From Gekko japonicus (lineage: Eukaryota): 64,000 nucleotides of DNA. Positions 60,837 through 64,000 of the stretch are shown in pieces. The notes under the pieces were generated by a model. It was not told the origin of the DNA and searched no databases. It saw only the letters and a list, made by a program, of their open reading frames with translations. The position numbers were made by a program, and so were the translations under genes. The stretch lies in NCBI RefSeq assembly GCF_001447785.1, contig NW_015165859.1, positions 328,664 through 392,663 on the forward strand, read 5' to 3'. Position 1 is the stretch's first letter. Every line of letters begins with the position of its first letter.

Positions 60837-63762
60837 TAGGATCAATGAGACTCAGGTTCAAATCCCCACTCTGACTTGGAAGCGTGCTGCATGATCTTGG
60901 ACCAGTCACACACTCTTAGTCCAACATAATGGACAAGGTTGTTGTGAGACAAGATGGAGAAGGGAAGAATGTTGTAGTCTCCACTGCTTTTGGTCCCCAC
61001 TGGGGTGAAAAGTGGGGTGTAAATGAAATTCTGCTGGATTAGATTCTGAAAGAGAATTTCTACTGATAGAGGGAGGGTGAAATTTGTAAACTTCCTCCTC
61101 TTGTGGCAGATCGCTGACCCCCTACTCATGCCATTCCTGAGGGGTCTTTTGACACCCCATAGCAGCATTTCAGGGATCATTTTGAGGCCTAGCAGGAAGG
61201 TATGCTGGTTAGGAAGTCCTGTTCCACTAGTGGAGATCCTTTCCATCAGTAGAGACTTACTGCAGAACCCATGCCAACTGATTAAGCCACCAATTCCTTA
61301 AAGCGAGGGTTCCCAACCTCTGTGAACCAGCAGGCAACTTTTATGTTTTTTATTTATTTGATTTAATTTATTTGTGGGTACCACCACAAAATGGCTGCCA
61401 ACAGAGGTGGAACCAAGCATACATGCACACAATAGTGGAAGGGAGATGTGGAATATAAACACAACACAAACAAGAACACCCAAGGGGGATAATATGCACT
61501 CAGAAGATGACCAACTGGGAGAAAGGGAGGATAAGAAAACAGGGGGGGGGGGTGTTCCACTGTATGTGGTGTTCCCTTGGCTCTACCACCTCATAGCTGA
61601 CCTATGGATCTTGTTTATAGAATCCTGGATCCCTTTCCATGAAGGGTGGTGGAGCCTTTATGTGTATGAAGGCACTGATTCTGCCCTCACAATGGCCCTG
61701 CCTACTTTCCTGAAACACCTGGGGCAGTGCCTGCGGGCCTTATGCCACCCACAGGTGCCTCTTTGGAGAAATGTGTCTTCAAGCTTCCACTCAGTTTTCC
61801 AGATGAAAGTATGCAGTAGATTTGGAGGTACTGAACTGATCCTGTGAATGCCCTGAAACTCATTCCTGATTATAACTCACAGTTAAGGGTGGAAAACCTG
61901 CAAGAAGCTGTACCAAGTTCCTATCTTGCCCATACCTCTAACCATCTGTCAAAAACAATTTCAACGCCATGCAAACATTTCAGTCTGAGTCAGATTTGCC
62001 ATATAATGCAACAACAAGGTTGTGCAAAGTATACAACAGAGAACTAGTGTGGTGCAGTGGTTAAGAATGTCAGACTAGTATCTGGAGACCCAGATTCAAA
62101 TCCTACTCATGCCATGGAAGCTTGCTGGGTGAACTTGGGCCAGTCACACTCTCTCAGCCTCACCTACCTCACAGAGTTGTTGTAAGGATAAAGTAAGGAT
62201 AAAATGGAGGAGAGGAGAATAATGTAAGCTGCTTTGGGTTCCCCCCACTGGGGACAAAAGCAGGGTATAAATGAATAAAATTAGAATATATAAATAAATA
62301 ATTGCACTGCTTGTTTTAGAAACCTCCCAGGTGTTTTAGAAAAGGAACAGTTGGTTTGTAGAGGTTTCAGCTTGGCAAATGAAATATAAAAAATAACACT
62401 CATTATCATTATCACCACTGCATTTAGCACTTGTACTAATAGCCAGTAAATAATAATGCTAGCATTTATATGGCACTATCTCAGCAATCGGTACAAAACA
62501 ATCCTATAAAATTGGGTTCACTTACTATTTCCCCACATTAAAGATGGGTTTGAAACAAAGGGACAGAACACTGACACCCGGTGAATCTGTGACTGAAATT
62601 ATATTTAAATGGGGGGGCAGAGCCCCATTAAAAAAAATTGACACCCAACTCTACAAAAACTGCAGTCAGCTCCTCTAGGAGCTAAAAATAATGTTCTAAT
62701 CAGATTATTGACTGGAGGAGTGACAGAATGCTGTTAAAATGAAGCTTGTAGTCACTCTTAATCTGATTTGGAACTGCAGGAGGAATATATTTCTCCATCT
62801 TCTGGGTTAACAATTTCCAAACTCTGATCAAACAGTTCGTCCTATCACTTCCTTTGCTCAGCCAGGCCATCTGCTGTAACACAACAGTTCCTTAGAACAG
62901 AATACTCTTTTTTATGAATGGAACATGCCCACCATTCATGAGTTACTCAGTAACATGAGTCATGTGACCACTCTTCAGTTCCCTCTAATGCAACTGTGGG
63001 GAATGCCATTTTAAAAACTGCAAAGAGTAATTGTGCTGTCTATACTTTCCTAGTACTGCAATTCTGTGTTAACCTCTTCCATGCTCTCTACCAGGACTGA
63101 CACTATCCCCCAAATGCTACTCAAGTAGGAAAGCAGATACCAACTATAGGTTTTTTGTTTTGTTTCCAAATTAAAGTAAAATGTAGTTTTATGAACATAG
63201 CTGCAACAAATGTAGGCTCCTTCCAAGCACAGAAAATGTGGCATATATTCATGAAAAGGATACATATCCCCAAACCCAGCTCAGCTTTAGAATGTGAGAC
63301 GGGTACTTCGATTCCATGCCAATTAAAAAGCCCCCCGCCCCCCCATATTAAAATTAAAAGAAATCAACTGATAATGTCAGTTTAACGTCAGGAAAAAATT
63401 AAGAGCTGCTACACTCAAGGATGCTGTAACATTTTGTCCATAAATCATCCAGACTAATCAAACTCTTCAGATTACAACTGAGAGAGCAAATCTTTTTCTC
63501 CAATTGAATTGTTTAATTCAAGCACTTACAAAAACCATGGCAGGCCATCTTTAAAGAAACGTACAAAAGAAACCACTGAGGCCATGCCTGCTGTGATCAT
63601 CCACTCAAACCAAAGTGTGTTTGTTTTTTTTAATTTTACAAGTATTGTGTGGTCACTTGATTTAAATCAGCCAAGCAACTAAACCCTGTCTACTAAGCTT
63701 TCTTTAGTCGAATGAAAGTTTCTAGCCGTTATGATTGCAAAGATGAGCTTGGAAATGCATAG

Positions 63763-63811
63763 NNNNNNNNNNNNNNNNNNNNNNNNNNNNNNNNNNNNNN
63801 NNNNNNNNNNN
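63763..63811. other. Assembly gap (N run)
   Basis: Run of n. Confidence 1.
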
Positions 63812-64000
63812 GTAATCTGAAGGGCAGGTCATCAATGTCCCATTTATTCTGGAAAGTAAAATCAACTACCCAAATCAAAGAGACATGACCGCACACTTTA
63901 TGCAGGTTTTTCTTGGTGCAAAGTCCCCCCCCCCCCCCCCCGCCATAGCCTCACTTCTTAAAGTCACCAGACTCAGCAAAGCCCACTGATAGCAGCACAA

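Noticed and set aside
46291-64000. LIN28A exons 1-2
   Set aside because: No CKWFNVRMGFGF-type coding sequence found; probably beyond the window

Overview
Vertebrate genomic DNA, almost certainly squamate (four Sauria SINEs; gecko-like MITE content is my inference), heavily filled with transposons and with two N-gaps. The one confidently identified gene is LIN28A on the minus strand: exon 3 (46290-46106) and coding exon 4 (42548-42335). I found no match to exons 1-2, so they probably lie beyond 64000. Its 3'UTR appears to run about 5-5.5 kb to AATAAA signals at 37379-37384 and 36892-36897 and carries let-7, miR-125 and miR-30 seed sites plus two hAT MITE insertions. Intron 2 contains a canonical SOX-OCT composite element (CATTGTCATGCAAAT, 49174-49188) with a nearby KLF motif. 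Downstream of LIN28A, three phase-compatible minus-strand exons (19195-19099, 11267-11060, 8907-8817) suggest a protein-coding gene I cannot identify, in the position where DHDDS sits in human. The rest is nested mobile DNA: Gypsy LTR elements, L1, L2, CR1, RTE-like LINEs, Penelope, Helitron-like elements, Harbinger and hAT MITEs, and tRNA SINEs. It also includes a 60-bp locally templated inverted insertion. All coordinates were read by eye and no database search was run.
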